63,792 nt of DNA, filler included, from Octopus bimaculoides (GCF_001194135.2; 6 parts of 6 records of this genome joined end to end with filler, not necessarily neighbours in it), one strand, 5' to 3'. Shown: positions 1 through 11,988, counted from the whole stretch's first letter. The notes: a model not told the origin generated them from the sequence alone. Numbers and translations are program-made.

Positions 1-27
1 TATATATATATATATATATATATATAT

Positions 28-235
28 CATCATCATCATCGTTTAACGTCCGCTTTCCATGCTAGCATGGGTTGGACGATTTGACTGAAGACTGGTGAAA
101 CCGGATGGCAACACCAGCCCCCAACCTGATTTGGCAGAGTTTCTACAGCTGGATGCCCTTCCTAACGCCAACCACTCAGAGAGTGTAGTGGGTGCTTTTA
201 CGTGTCACCCGCACGAAGGCCAGTCAGGCGACAGC
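28..235 (-). mobile_element. 3'-terminal module of the RTE family (severely 5'-truncated or SINE-like copy)
   Basis: Reverse complement matches the terminus of the RTE at 9530-9697 (ggttggcgttaggaagggcatccagctgtagaaac...ccaacccatgctagcatgg), with (CAT)n tail at 28-40. Confidence 0.85.
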
Positions 236-973
236 CTCAGAGGCAGAGAAATAGGGTTTGATAAGAAATTGAAGAGCAGGGAGAAACTTCCATCAAGGGA
301 AGAGAATCACTGAGAGAGATTTTATTATTTAAAAATGATTTTTTTTATATGCATTTTTTATTATGCAAACAGAAATAATTCATATATACATAAACACACA
401 CACACACATACATGCACACACAAGCATGCTCCTATTTCTTTGTTAGAAGGGATGAAGTGATTTTTGAGAATATAGATTTACGTATTGCTAATATACGAGT
501 ACTTTTTTTTCTTTTCCACTACTTACCATTCATTTCTGAAACATGAGTGAAACCTGCAGTCAGCTGCCTTGCACACAGACATAAGTATAATTATGTATCA
601 TTTCTAGGGACCCAATACACCAGCTGTAGAGAGGTTTGAAATTCCAGCCTTATGTTTTTTTTTATTTTGTCTAACATCTTAATCTCATAACTGACTCACA
701 TTTATATAATGCACCTTTCCACATAGAACTATTCGACACAGAAATGCTGAGTTGTCAAATATGAAATGTCTTAGAGGTTTTGTGACACGACAGTCATATG
801 TTTTATGATGATCATCAGATTTATATTAAAGTATAATGATAATGTAAATATTATCTTTGATAATGCAAAACAAATTAAAATCTGCAGTTTTGAGTGAGAA
901 TAGATTATTTTTTTTGTAAATTTAATTAATTATAGGTCATACTTTTAAATTTGCATATTTTTGGAAATACTGT

Positions 974-1140
974 ACATAAAAGCACCCACTTCACTCTCTG
1001 CGTTAGGAATGGCATCCAGCTGTAGAAACTCTGCCAAATCAGGTTGGAACCTGGTGTAGTCTTCTGGTTCACCAGTCCTCAGTCAAATCATCCAACCCAT
1101 GCTAGCATGGAAAGCAGACGTTAAACGATGATGATGATGA
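974..1140 (+). mobile_element. RTE 3'-terminal module
   Basis: Same module ending gttaaacgatgatgatgatga. Confidence 0.85.
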
Positions 1141-2024
1141 CTGCAAGTCAAGATATTTGATAAAATTCATTGAAAGTTATGAAGTATATTCCACTGAAAT
1201 GATTTGTAATTTGGATTGTTAACAGGAATTTTAATTTCTTTTTTTTTTTAACTAATGGGGTCACACAAGTTCAGATGTTCTTACTGGGGAAAAAAAATAC
1301 AGTCTAAAATTTTGTTCAGATTAATGTGTGTGTATGTATATTATATANNNNNNNNNNNNNNNNNNNNNNNNNNNNNNNNNNNNNNNNNNNNNNNNNNNNN
1401 NNNNNNNNNNNNNNNNNNNNNNNNNNNNNNNNNNNNNNNNNNNNNNNNNNNNNNNNNNNNNNNNNNNNNNNNNNNNNNNNNNNNNNNNNNNNNNNNNNNN
1501 NNNNNNNNNNNNNNNNNNNNNNNNNNNNNNNNNNNNNNNNNNNNNNNNNNNNNNNNNNNNNNNNNNNNNNNNNNNNNNNNNNNNNNNNNNNNNNNNNNNN
1601 NNNNNNNNNNNNNNNNNNNNNNNNNNNNNNNNNNNNNNNNNNNNNNNNNNNNNNNNNNNNNNNNNNNNNNNNNNNNNNNNNNNNNNNNNNNNNNNNNNNN
1701 NNNNNNNNNNNNNNNNNNNNNNNNNNNNNNNNNNNNNNNNNNNNNNNNNNNNNNNNNNNNNNNNNNNNNNNNNNNNNNNNNNNNNNNNNNNNNNNNNNNN
1801 NNNNNNNNNNNNNNNNNNNNNNNNNNNNNNNNNNNNNNNNNNNNNNNNNNNNNNNNNNNNNNNNNNNNNNNNNNNNNNNNNNNNNNNNNNNNNNNNNNNN
1901 NNNNNNNNNNNNNNNNNNNNNNNNNNNNCATATATATACATATATATATATATATCAAAATAGGTTAGATAAAAGTAGATTTCAATAGCAAAGAAAAAAG
2001 TGAAAAAAACGAAGTAGATATGCA

Positions 2025-2230
2025 TACATCATGCTCCATGCTGGCATGGGTTAGAATCCAATGTGTCCATTGGATAGAATGCAATGGGTCCAAGGGCTGC
2101 ATCATATTGCACTCTCTGCTTTAGCATGATTTCTATGGCTGAATGTCCTTCCTAATGCCAACCCACTTTACTGCATGTACTGACTGCGTTTTTTCCTTTT
2201 TTGTTTTGTACCACCAGTATTAGTGAGGTT
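2025..2230 (-). mobile_element. RTE 3'-terminal module, degraded
   Basis: ccatgctggcatgggtt...ccttcctaatgccaacccac matches the module. Confidence 0.65.
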
Positions 2231-2774
2231 GCCATGCAGCTCACAAAACTATGAAAGCTGAGGAGGAGGAGGAGGTGGTGGTGGAGCAGTTTTATGTTAG
2301 GGGTGTATGTCTGTGTGAGTGAGTGAGGGTTAAAATATGAGAGCAGGTTCTTGGTGTAGAGGAACTGCATGGCTACTCAAATTTAGAAGAGAGGTTGAAA
2401 TTACCCAGTAGGAACTGCAAAGAGATAGATAAAAATAATGGTGATGAGATATCCAGGTGACTCCTCAATGTATGAGGTGAGTAGAAGTGAGTTGACAGAA
2501 TTATTAAGAGTATTGGAGTGAGGGTTTGCAAAGAGTGCATAGAGGGGCAAAGAATGAAGAAATGGAAGGTAGGCAACAATTGTAAAGATTGGGTAGGGTT
2601 GAGGGATAGATGTAGGGAATGATGGATAAGAGGTGGGGGATGACTGCTGTTTCTTGGTTTGAGGAAGACAGAGGTAAAATAAAGAAATGAAAGAAAGAAA
2701 GATGAGACTGAGATGATAAGCTTGTAATATTGTCTCCATTCAACTTCATTACTTGTATACTTATAAAAGGTGCA

Positions 2775-2940
2775 GGTGTGATTGTGTGGTTAAGAAATTT
2801 GCTTCCCAACCACATAGTTTTGGGTTCAGTCTTACTGCATGGCAGCCTGGAATGCTGCTATAACCTTTAGGTCAACCAAAACCTTGTGAGCAGATTTGGC
2901 AGATGGAAACTTATAGGAACCTGTTGTGTGTGTGTGTTTG
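2775..2940 (+). mobile_element. SINE family A copy, CpG-decayed
   Basis: gtgattgtgtggttaagaaatttgcttcccaaccacatag...ggttcagtc...gcagatggaaact. Confidence 0.75.
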
Positions 2941-4369
2941 TATCTTCTTGTCTTGACATTGTGCGATTGTTGTAAATGAATGTCATTCATTTGCAGTAAT
3001 CTGCAAAAACATGTCCAGTGATGTGAAACTATTACCTTACATGGAAGTAGTTACATTTTTGTTTTGTTCTTGAAATCTTCGTTGATGACACACTGTTTGT
3101 TAAACAGGAGTTCTTTTTATTCAGTACCATCAGAAAATCTTTTATAATCTCTCTGTGATGAAGGATACTATCTGAAATTGTTAGACTTTACCCTTTCTTC
3201 TGGACAAACCAATTTATTCCATTTTTTAATTTCTTGTTTTCATAATATGCTGACACAGTCCACTAATTTACTCAGACCCCACTGTTTACTTTATAATTAA
3301 GGGTCAGTTGTATGTTTGATGAAAGGGAGAGCTTAGCTATATTATGAATTTTATCTGAGTATAATTAGTCTTAATTCAGTTGTTTTGTCTTCTTTCGTGG
3401 CTTTAAATTAAGACTGCACTAACATTCCTAACACTTTTGATAAAGGCACTTACATTACTGAATTTCTTTTACCTTTATAAATCTGTTACATTAAAGTTGT
3501 GTATGGAATCAATATAAAAAATGGAATTCAGAATGATTTTGAAGGTGTCAAAGATGTTAAGATGAAATTCCATCTTTCTGGTTAAAAAAATTCAACTATG
3601 AATATAGCTTTCTCACTAATCACCTGTAAATATCTTCTAGATTTTATGACTAATTTGATATCCATAATTTTTATGCATGGTATAAGATAGTAAATTAGTG
3701 GAATTGTCAGAACCGTGGACAAAATACCTTGCAAGATTTAGCTGTGCCTTAATGTTTAAATCCCTCTGAGATTTGATAAAATTAAATACCAGTAAAGTAT
3801 TGGATTCAATTCTATTAATTGATGTGTCAATGTCTACCAGGTCTCTTCAAGTGAGACAGTGTAGTCAAGAAATCTGAACAAATCTTCTTAGTACTGCTTG
3901 TGCTTTAAGAACAGATGAGGGTGTAAGCCCCAGAAGCCGGTGTGATCCCAGTTATTATAAACTTTGAAAGACCTAATGATAGAACAATGCTACATAAATT
4001 CTATGAGTCACAGAATATGTGGTCCATCATGTTTGACACATGTATACTTTGTAGTTGACAGAAGAAGCAGTTATAATATGATCTGAATAGTTTCCATATC
4101 TGTCTCAAATCAACAACACTTCATTCACACAGTTTAATTTTCCAAGCTGTCATTTACTAATATAGTTTTCTTAAACTTATGCATATCTAATCTGCTCCTA
4201 TACAATTTCTCTCAATACATGATGATACTAACACACTCTTGTATGCACCAATCACTTGCTTCTTTCTTTCTTTCTTTCTTTTTTTTTTTTTTACTTAGTT
4301 TTTCAATGGTTACATTATATATCAGTAGTTTTTATAGTTGATTCAGTGAAGTCTTTAAATGGTCATTCA

Positions 4370-4555
4370 ACCTACTAGAAATAGTTCCCAAATATCCCTC
4401 ATATTCACACAACTGTCTTTAAAATAGGAAAGGACACATTGCATAATGCAGTGTTAGATACACTACATCTAAAACAAAGAGAATAGTCACAAGAAGAATG
4501 CCTTTGATTATAAGTCTACTCAGTCAGGACAGGCCTGGGGCTAAACAACAACAAT
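4370..4555 (+). repeat. Short interspersed repeat ending ctggggctaaacaacaac
   Basis: Similar sequence recurs at about 21790-21960(+), 23300-23470(-), 32110-32250(-) and 36790-36955(-). (CAA)n-like tail. Family unassigned. Confidence 0.65.
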
Positions 4556-4964
4556 ATCAGTTTGTATAATTAATATAAACTGCTTCAATTAACAATTTAT
4601 TTGTGTTCGTAATATGTCATTCAATACTCAATTTATGACTTTTAAACCTTCAGGTAATTTTTAAGATTGTTACTTTTTTCTTTTTTTAATTGCTTGGTTT
4701 GGAGGAAGAGGCAGTAGTTATTGCTCTTGCAGACTGTAATAGAATGGCGAAATTAATGCCATTAACATTTGACTTAAACATTTGTCAACATTTTCTGATA
4801 AGACAAGAATAAGTAGGGAATCCTAGAAGGTGGGTGGGGGTGTTCAGGGAAGCAAGAACTGGGTGTGGTGAGAAGTGTGGGGTTGGTTTGATCTCTTTCA
4901 TAATTTGAAGTAGATGAGAAAGTAATCAATGTTTGGATAGGATAACATTTATAATCAGGTTCCT

Positions 4965-5550
4965 CATCATCATTGTTTAATCTCCGTTTTCCATGCTGGC
5001 ATGGGTTGGACAATTTGACTGAGGTCTGGGAAGCCAGTGGCTGCACCAGGCTCCAATCTGATCTGGCAATATTTCTACAGTTGGATGCCCTTCCTAATGC
5101 CAACCACTTTATGTGCCATTAGCATGGGAGCCAGTCAGGGGGCCCTGGCAACAATCACGTTTGGATAGTGCTTTTTATGTGCCAAGGGCACGGGAACAAG
5201 TCGGGGGGCATTGGCATTGACTATGTTCAGATGCTGCTTTTTATGTGCCACCGGTACGGGAGCCAGTCAGGCGGACCTGGCATTGACCACGTTTGGATGT
5301 TGTTTTTTATTTGCCAACAGCACGGGAACCAATCAGGGGACACTGACATCAACCATGTTTGAATGTTGCTTTTTATGTGCCACTGGAACGGGAGCCAGTC
5401 AGGCAGACTTAGCATTGACCATGTTTGGGTGGTTCTTTTTACGTGCCACTGGCATGGGAACCAGTTGGGGTACTGACATTGACCACGTTTGGATGGTGCT
5501 TTTTAACATGCCACCAGAATTGGAGCCAGTCAAGGGGCACTGGTATCAAA
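4965..5550 (-). mobile_element. RTE 3' UTR fragment with about 7 copies of a 66-bp repeat
   Basis: Terminal module at 4965-5107 followed by units starting tttatgtgcc at 5108, 5174, 5240, 5306, 5372, 5438 and about 5502. Confidence 0.88.
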
Positions 5551-5659
5551 GGGCCACTATTCCTAACATTTTGAGGTTTAGAAACAACAAAATATGCACC
5601 AGATTTGAATTTAAAGCACAAGAACAGATTGCCTAATGCCTAATTTACCCATAATATAT

Positions 5660-5875
5660 ATTGGTTTCAAATTTTGATACAAGGCCAGCAATTTTGTGGG
5701 CAGGGATAAGTCAATTACATTGACTCCAGTGTTCAAATGGTATTTATTTTATTGATTCCGAAAGGATGAATGGCAAAGTCAACTCCAGCAGAATTTGAAC
5801 TCAGAATGTAAAGACAGATGAAATGCTGCTAGGCATTTTGTCCAGTGTGCTAACAATTCTGCCAGCTTGTTGCCT
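5660..5875 (-). mobile_element. SINE family B (ggcggcgagctggcagaa head), CpG-decayed
   Basis: aaggatgaatggcaaagtcaactccagcagaatttgaactcagaatgtaaagac...ctaacaattctgccagc. Related copies at about 19640-19850, 20740-20980, 22100-22260, 22290-22500, 39175-39380, 42352-42412, 55650-55880, 58100-58310 and 58670-58880. Confidence 0.85.
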
Positions 5876-5964
5876 TATATATGCTGGATATTCAAAATTT
5901 AATTGCAGTCTGGTTTGATAAAATTGTATTAAAATTTTGTTTCTTTCTCTGTTCAAATTTTCAG

Positions 5965-6080
5965 CAAATTTATTATTCGTTCACAAAGAGAAATGGAAAA
6001 TGCTTTTAGACAGAAGAGAACTGCTCAGTCAACTTCTCAGAATATCATTAAAAAGCAAGGAACACTTCAGACATTTTTAG
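5965..6080 (+). CDS. Candidate internal exon of an unidentified gene
   Basis: Polypyrimidine acceptor ttctttctctgttcaaattttcag| and donor TAG|gtaaat. 116 nt, open as 1+38 codons+1: KFIIRSQREMENAFRQKRTAQSTSQNIIKKQGTLQTFL. Non-repetitive sequence. No homologue recognised. Confidence 0.5.
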
Positions 6081-6789
6081 GTAAATTTTAGTTATTTTTA
6101 TTGCTTTTCACNNNNNNNNNNNNNNNNNNNNNNNNNNNNNNNNNNNNNNNNNNNNNNNNNNNNNNNNNNNNNNNNNNNNNNNNNNNNNNNAACAAAAAAT
6201 AACTTTTCAAAGTCATTTTTGATTATCTTTAAACCAATTAACAAACATACACATATGAAGACTGTGTGCATATGTGATATTTCAATGGAGATAATTTTAA
6301 TAAATGAAGAATTTATGTCGTATGGTTTTTGATATTCTTATATTTGTCTGTATTGTTTATATACATGCCGCTGTCCACTCTGAGTTATTTCTCTGCCAAT
6401 TTTTGTTTAATTTCTGAAAATTGTCTAAACCATAAATGTGTTCTACTCTTTCTGTATATGTCTATGTCCTTTGGCTGCTGAAGATAAGGTAGGACAATTG
6501 TCATGCTGATGACACCTAATGAGGTAGAAACATGTCTACTACTGTGCTTTCATCTCTAGACACTAAGCTTGTTCTTTCCTTTAACCCTTAACATCATCAA
6601 CTGATGTTTCATTAGAGAACAGCTGACACCATCAATTGATGTTTTCAAAAATTTTATTGTGCAAATGACCAACAATTATTATAGTTATTGTTCTTGTTTA
6701 AAGTGAAAATAAGTATAAAAATTTCTGTTAAGAAAAAGTGATATTTTTTTTTGTTTTTACTTATTTGGCATACACATCAAAACTGAACC

Positions 6790-7235
6790 AAATTCGATGA
6801 CTGGCACCCGTGCCAGTGGAGCGCTAACAGCATCATCCGAGTGGGATCACTGCCAGAGCAATGGTCTCGCTTCCATGCTGGTGGCACGTAAAAAGCACTA
6901 TATGAGTGTGATCGTTTCCAGCTTCACCTTACTGGCACTTGTGCCGGTGGCATGTGAACAAAACATTGAACTGACTCCTGTGCAGGTGGCACGTAAAAAA
7001 CACCATTTGAGCATGGCCGTTGCCAGTACTGCCAGACTGGCCCTTGTGCTGGTGGCACATAAAAAGCACCCACTACACTCTCGGAGTGGTTGGCGTTAGG
7101 AAGGGCATCCAGCTGTAGAAACTCTGTCAGATCAGATTGGAGTCAGGTGTAGCCATCTGGTTCGCCAGTCTCCAGTCAAATCGTCCAACCCATGCTAGCA
7201 TGGACAGCGGATGTTAAATGATGATAATGATGATT
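6790..7235 (+). mobile_element. RTE 3' UTR fragment with repeat units and (GAT)n tail
   Basis: Repeated gtggcacgtaaaaagcac units, then the terminal module ending gttaaatgatgataatgatga. Confidence 0.88.
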
Positions 7236-7427
7236 CATGCGCCCCTTTCCTGCCATCAATAGGTTAAAGATATGCTAATTTTATAGAATTCTTGTGTCTT
7301 AAGATTATCCCTCCTTCTCATAAGGTGCTGTTCTCAATTACCGTTTCATGCTGCATCCTCCAGTGGTGGAGTTAATTTTTATAAATCAAGAATATATATC
7401 GTATGATACTTGATATACCTGAAATTG

Positions 7428-7468
<41 letters not shown>

Positions 7469-8074
7469 TTGAGTATTGTACTTGCTTGGTAAGTGGTGTA
7501 AACTGAAACAATTACATCGTGGATTAAATCGTGCAAGTTGTTTAGAATACACATATACTGTTAGATTGTGTTTTATTTCTTGATAGTATTATATAGTATA
7601 TAGAGTCAGTTTCATTGTTCATCCATGAACTGTTGAGTGATACAATGCTATTGAAAGTCAGCTATCAACTAGTTCTTACAGACCTTAAGGGAGATTTGTT
7701 GGTTTACATTAGTTTTTTTAAAAAATACTTTACAAATTTGTTAATTATATTTCTTTTTAACTTCGCAAGTGATTATTGATTTTTACATGTCAGTTTGGTG
7801 TATAAAGTAATTCTTTAATGGCTTTTTTGGGATAACTGTCTTTGGTGAGGAAACTACTAGATAGGGAATGTTTTTGGCAGTGTTAACATATTTAATGCAG
7901 TGAACATATAAGAAAAGGTAATTAAACAATTATACAGTGAACATATAAAAAAAGACAATTGAATAATTGTGCAGTGAACAATAACAAAGTGGTAAGAAGC
8001 TTGCTTCTCAACTGCATGGTTCTAGGTTCAGTTCCACTATGTGGCACCTTGGGCAAGTGTCTTCTACTATAGGT

Positions 8075-9697
8075 CTAAAATTGAAGGGCCTTAGGGTTAA
8101 CCTAGCAAAAATCGAAATCTTAGTAAGTACCAAGGCTGACAAATCACAAACCCCTTCAGGTAGATGGCCCTGCTCGATCTGTAGAAAAGGCATGGGTAGA
8201 AACTCCATACGATGTACCTGGTGTAAGCTATGGACACATAAAAGGTGCAGCAATATCAAAGGAAGGTTAACTGGAAAAATAGTTTTTGTGTGGGGCAGAT
8301 GCACAGGGGCAGTAAACACTGAAGATGTACAGAAAACAGATTCCATCACATGCCAGGGGAAGAAACTAGAAGTAGTCGATAGCTTCCACTACCTAGGTGA
8401 CCAAGTCTGTAGTGGGGGTGGTTGCTCTGAGAGTGTAGTGGCTAGAATAAGAATAACCTGGGCAAAGTTCAGGGAGCTCCTACTTCTGCTGGCAACTAAG
8501 GACTAATCGCTCAAGATGGAAGGTAGACTGTAAAAGGCATGTGTGTGAACTGCCATGCTACATGGCAGTGAAACATAGGCCATGACTGCTGAGGACATGT
8601 ATAGGTTTGAAAGAAATGAAACTTGTATGATCTGCTGGATGTGTAATGTCAGTGTGCATACATGACAGTGTGAACACCGTGAGAGAAAAGTTGGACACAA
8701 GAAGCATCAAATGTGGTTTGCAAGAGAGACGACTGCGCTGGTATGGTCACGTGTTACGTATGGATGAGGACAGCTGCGTGAGGAAGTGCCACACCCTAAC
8801 TGTGGAAGGAACCTGTGGAAGAGGTAGACCCAGGAAACATGGGATGAGGTGGTGAAGCATGACCTTCAAACGTTGAGCCTCACAGAGGCAATGACAGGAG
8901 ACCGAGACCTTTGGAGATATCCTGTGATTGAGAAGACCCAGCAACTAAAGTGAGATCGCAGCCATAGCCAATGCCAGTGTTGCAGGTCCAGCACATTTAA
9001 GAGTACCCTTGTTGCATCAGGTGATATATGCTTGAGAAGACCTTTTGAGTCAAGTAAAACCAAAATTGTAGCTGTGGCCAGTGCCCCCTAAATGGCTCCT
9101 GTTTCAGTGGCACATAAAATGCATCATCNNNNNNNNNNTGAAGCATGACCTTCAAACGTTGAGCCTCACAGAGGCAATGACAGGAGACGGAGACCTTTGG
9201 AAATATGCTGTAATTGAGAAGACCCAGCAACTAAAGTGAGATCGCAGCCATAGCCAATGCCAGTGTTGCAGGTCCAGCACATTTAAGAGTACCCTTGTTG
9301 CATCAGGTGATATATGCTTGAGAAGACCTTTTGAGTCAAGTAAAACCAAAATTGTAGCTGTGGCCAGTGCCCCCTAAATGGCTCCTGTTTCAGTGGCACA
9401 TAAAATGCATCATCCAAATGTGGTCGATGCCCATGACCCTTGACTGGCTCCCATGCTGGTGGCACATAAAGAGCACTATCCGAATGTGATCGATGACAGA
9501 GCCACCTGACTGGCTCCCATACTGGTGCACATAAAAAGCACCCTCTACACTTTCAGAGTGGTTGGCGTTAGGAAGGGCATCCAGCTGTAGAAACATTGCC
9601 AGATCAGATTGGACCTTGGTGCAGCTGCTGGCTCTCCAGGCCTCAGTCAAACCATCCAACCCATGCCAGCATGAAAAAGGGATGTTAAATGATGATG
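8075..9697 (+). mobile_element. RTE-clade LINE, 5'-truncated: end of RT, PHD-like insert, thumb, 3' UTR with 66-bp repeats and (GAT)n tail
   Basis: ORFs 8039..8506 (GLRVNLAK...LEVVDSFHYLGD) and 8646..8855 (ERRLRWYGHVLRM...GRGRPRK). Frameshifts and stops. Tail gttaaatgatgatga at about 9684-9697. Confidence 0.9.
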
Positions 9698-9710
9698 ATA
9701 TATATATATA

Positions 9711-11940
9711 TCATCATCATCGTTTAACATCCGTTCGACTGGAATCTGGGAATCCAGGAGGCTGCACTAGGCCCCAATCTGATTTGGCAGTGTTTCTACA
9801 GCTGGATGCCCTTCCTAACGCCAACCACTCCGAGAGCGTAGTGGGTGCATTTTACGTGCCACCGGCACGGAAGCTAGTCAAGGTGGCACTGGCATCGGCC
9901 ATGTTTGGATGGTGCTTTTTACGTGCTACCGGCACGGGGCTCACAGCTACAATTTCCATTTGATTTGATTTTGGTATTGATTTTGGTATTGATTTTGGTA
10001 TTGTTGATGTTGATGTACTTGACTTGGCAATGGCCACGTTTTGATTTGATTTTGATGTTGATGTACTTGACTCAATAGGTCTCCTCAAGTACGGCATGTC
10101 ACCCTACAATCCAAGGTACTTTTGAGTGGGCTGGTTATGCGACACTGGTGTGGGTTACAACTGTGAACTCACTTTATTTGCCGAGTCTTCTCAGTCACTG
10201 CATACCTCCAAGAGTCCTCGGTCTTTTGTCATTGCCCCCGTGAGGCCCAACGTTCGATGGTCATGTTTCACCACCTCACTCCATGTCTTCCTGGGTATCC
10301 CTCTACTCCAGATCTCTGGCAGTGGCACTTCTTCACACAGCTCTCCTCATCCATCCATAGTACATGACCATACCAACACAAACGTCTCTCTTGCATGCCA
10401 CATCTGATGCTTCTTATGTCCAACATTTCTCTCAGGGTGCTCACACTCTGTTGTGTGTGCACACTGACATTACACATCCAGCAGATCATGTTAGCTTCAT
10501 TTCTTTTGAGCCTATGCATATCTTCAGCAGTTATGGCCCATGTTTCACTGCCATGAAGCATGGCAGTTCGCACACACGCATCATACAATCTACCTTTCAC
10601 TCTGAGCGGGAGGCCCTTTGTCACCAGTAGGGGTAGAAGCTTTCTAAACTTTGCTCAGGTTATTCTTATTCTAGTGGTAACACTCTCTGAGCATCCACCC
10701 CCACTACTAACTTGGTCACCTAAGTTGCGGAAGCTATCAACTACTTCTAGTTTCTCTCCCTGGCATGTGATGGACTCTGTTTTCTGAGCATCTGTGGTGT
10801 TTATTGCCCATGTGCATCTGCCTCACATGAAAGCTATCTTCCCGGTTAATCTTCCTTTGATGTTGCTGCACCTCTTATGTGTCCATAGCTTACACTGGGT
10901 ACATCTTATGGAATTTCTACCTACACCTTTTCTACACATCAAGCAGGGCCATCTACCTGAGCAGGTGTGTGATGTGTTCGCCTTCCTACTTACTAGAACT
11001 TTGGTCTTTGCATTCTAAACCTTGCTTCCACACCTGAAATTTCTTCTCTAGTTCTGGTAGTGATTCTGCTATGAGGGCCAGATCATCAGCATAGAGGAGT
11101 TCCCAGGGGCAACTTGTCTTGAATTCCTCTATTATTGCCTGGAGGACTATGATGAATAAGAGGGGGCTGAGGGCTGATACTTTGTGAACCCCTACTTCTA
11201 CCCGGAATTCTTCACTATACTCATTGCCAGTCCTAGCCCTACTGACTGCATCTCTGTATAGGGCCTGTACAGCCCTCATTAACCATTCGTCAATCCCCAG
11301 TTTCCACATTGCCCACCAGATAAGGGATCGAGGGACCCTGTCAAAGGCTTTCTCCAAGTCCACAAAAGCCAAATATAGGGGGTTTATCTTTGGATAGGTA
11401 TTTCTCCTGCAGTTGCTGTACCAGGAATATAGCATCAGTGGTGCTTCTACCTGGCACAAAACCGAACTGCATCTCATGTAAGTGGACTCTCTCCCTAATT
11501 AGTTGGGCTACAACCCTCTCCGTGACCTTCATCAACTGATCCAGCAGTTTGATACCCCTGTTGTTCTATCTAAAGCATCACCTTTACCTTTGTAGCAGTT
11601 GACTATGGTGCTGCCATGCCAGGCAGTGGGTATGACTCCATCATGAACTACCTAGTTTACAATACGGGTGACTAGGCCATAGCCCACACCACCAGATGTT
11701 TTAAGCATCTCAGTAGTGATTCCTGATGGGCCGGGGGCTTTTCCTGGCTTCATATCCTTAATTGCTTTATCTACCAGGGTGCTGTCTATTCGGATAGCTG
11801 GTCCCTCTACTAGATCAACATTTGGCAGGCTTTCCTCCTCCCACTCATTCTCCACGTTCAACAGTCTTTCATAATGGCTCCTCCAAGCCTCTTTCTTTTC
11901 TGAATCATTAAAAGCAAGTGCACCATCATCCATGTGGACA
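9711..11940 (-). mobile_element. RTE-clade LINE, 5'-truncated, degraded RT
   Basis: ORFs 11652..11933 (KAPGPSGI), 11341..11535 (QFGFVPGRSTTDAIF), 10986..11477 (AFVDLEKAFDRVPR...LLYADDLALI) and 10268..10624. (CAT)n on plus at 9711 is the (GAT)n tail. Confidence 0.93.
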
Positions 11941-11941
11941 C

Positions 11942-11975
<34 letters not shown>

Positions 11976-11988
11976 GTATATATAATGT

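Noticed and set aside
80-110. CTGAAGA...GAAAC in the RTE terminal module
   Set aside because: No stem II, antisense to the element, and not conserved in other copies.
2300-2740. Purine-rich stretch with an LLGNFN motif (APE endonuclease-like)
   Set aside because: A single weak motif in low-complexity sequence; cannot be assigned.
5108-5550. CRISPR-like regular array, or a repeat protein (ORF 5211..5636)
   Set aside because: Whole 66-bp units are homologous with no unique spacers, there are no cas genes, and it lies in a eukaryotic LINE 3' UTR; the ORF is a by-product of a period divisible by 3.
8853-9414. 276-bp direct duplication (8853-9128 and 9139-9414) separated by 10 N
   Set aside because: Only 4 substitutions, and the copies meet at a minimal gap: most likely overlapping contig ends from two haplotypes, not a real tandem duplication.
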